Assembly (NCBI GenBank): GCA_902530685.1
Contig: CACAAZ010000002.1
Coordinates: forward strand, 2,103 to 66,102
DNA: 64,000 nucleotides
Source: an uncultured Alphaproteobacteria bacterium
GTDB taxonomy: Bacteria > Pseudomonadota > Alphaproteobacteria > HIMB59 > GCA-002718135
Reading direction: 5' to 3'
Position 1 is the first letter of the stretch, and each line of letters begins with the position of its first letter. A program made the position numbers and the translations under genes. This document shows, one piece after another, positions 63,399 to 64,000 of the stretch. The notes under the pieces were generated by a model. The model saw only the letters and a list, made by a program, of their open reading frames with translations, made no database searches and had not been told where the DNA came from.

Positions 63399-64000
63399 GC
63401 TAAGCTTCCCATTTTTCCTTCTTGATAGTCCATCATTGCTTGCTTGATTTCACCTTCAGAATTAGCCACAAAAGGACCATAACGTGCAACAGGTTCTTTA
63501 AGTGGCTTACCTGCTAAAACTAGGTAGGATCCTTTTTCTGATATTGATGTAAGTTGAATCTCATCACTTGACTGATCAAAGTAAATCATATCACCTTTAT
63601 TAGCGATTTTATCTTCCTCGTTAAATTGTAATTGACCATCGATAATATAGATCATAAGATTTTGTTCTTTATCAACATTAAACTTTGTCATATCTGGTTT
63701 TGAAAATTGAATATCAAATATTGATACAGGTGAATATGTTTGAACTTTGGATTTGGTTCCATTTATTTCTCCCACAAGAACTTTAATTTCTATATTTGCA
63801 TTTTCAGATACTGTTGGAATAGTGTTTCTTTTAATATGTTGGTACCAAGGTTTAACTTTTTTATTTTTTTTTGGAAGGTTAACCCAGATTTGTAAACCTT
63901 GCATGATACCACCACTCTTCTTAAATTTTTCTGTTACTAACTCAGAATGGATTAAACCTGACCCAGTTGTCATCCATTGTACATCACCAGTTTCAATTTC
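63395..64000 (-). CDS. pirin-family protein (5' end beyond the window)
   Basis: The reading frame stays open to position 64000 (EIETGDVQWMTTGSGLIHSE matches the pirin GDxQWMTAGxGIxHSE block); bicupin C-domain follows. Confidence 0.8.
   Translation of the reverse strand, partial: EIETGDVQWMTTGSGLIHSELVTEKFKKSGGIMQGLQIWVNLPKKNKKVKPWYQHIKRNTIPTVSENANIEIKVLVGEINGTKSKVQTYSPVSIFDIQFSKPDMTKFNVDKEQNLMIYIIDGQLQFNEEDKIANKGDMIYFDQSSDEIQLTSISEKGSYLVLAGKPLKEPVARYGPFVANSEGEIKQAMMDYQEGKMGSLA

Noticed and set aside
1-64000. rRNA, tRNA, CRISPR arrays, riboswitch-like leaders, IS elements, integrases, prophage or toxin-antitoxin modules
   Set aside because: I read all intergenic gaps of about 75 bp or more (4675..4760, 4986..5137, 17650..17801, 22838..22955, 29421..29549, 32106..32212, 36326..36416, 45111..45244, 53928..54035, 62857..62951). 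They are AT-rich, without tRNA-like GC stems, repeat-spacer periodicity or extended conserved-looking structures. No ORF shows transposase, integrase or phage motifs. A covariance-model scan (tRNAscan-SE, Infernal/Rfam) would be the decisive check.

Overview
AT-rich (about 30% GC by eye), very gene-dense 64-kb window. I recognise 70 protein-coding genes, one of them cut by the right edge. Intergenic gaps are mostly 0-150 bp, with many 1-nt (TAATG) and 4-nt (ATGA) stop/start overlaps. I found no rRNA, tRNA, CRISPR array, transposase, integrase or phage gene. Composition, streamlining and gene content suggest a streamlined marine alphaproteobacterium of the SAR11/Pelagibacterales type (inference only). 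The right part (45.2-64 kb) is housekeeping: uvrC, pgsA, moaDE, ilvE, a MarR/response-regulator/histidine-kinase trio, proC, ybjN-like, ubiK-like, lgt, midA-like, pgeF, prs, rplY, pth, ychF, petABC (cytochrome bc1), trmL and pirin. The left and middle part (0-45 kb) looks like accessory metabolism and transport. It holds an orphan MotA/MotB-like stator pair with a ~400-aa coiled coil next to a secreted pentapeptide-repeat protein, and a mini-protein consisting only of the GcrA C-terminal domain. It also holds an Opp/Dpp-type ABC importer divergent from a cytoplasmic Cys-type sulfatase, and a sugar-type ABC importer with a LacI-family regulator. Organosulfur genes are scattered through it: split sulfopyruvate decarboxylase comDE, an omega-aminotransferase with alanine dehydrogenase, pta, a HisD-family (HpsN-like) dehydrogenase, and xsc in one co-directional string with cysQ-cysD-cysNC. 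The most unusual locus is 30.5-38.8 kb. Five genes there carry nine SnoaL/NTF2-like (ester-cyclase type) domains, arranged as a duplicated divergon around a bicupin, a core-MetE-like Zn enzyme and the HisD-family dehydrogenase. Its two divergent promoters and the LacI-regulator promoter share an 18-bp palindrome, TATTCA-N6-TGAATA, which suggests one regulon. All functional calls rest on motif and family recognition by eye; no database search was run.
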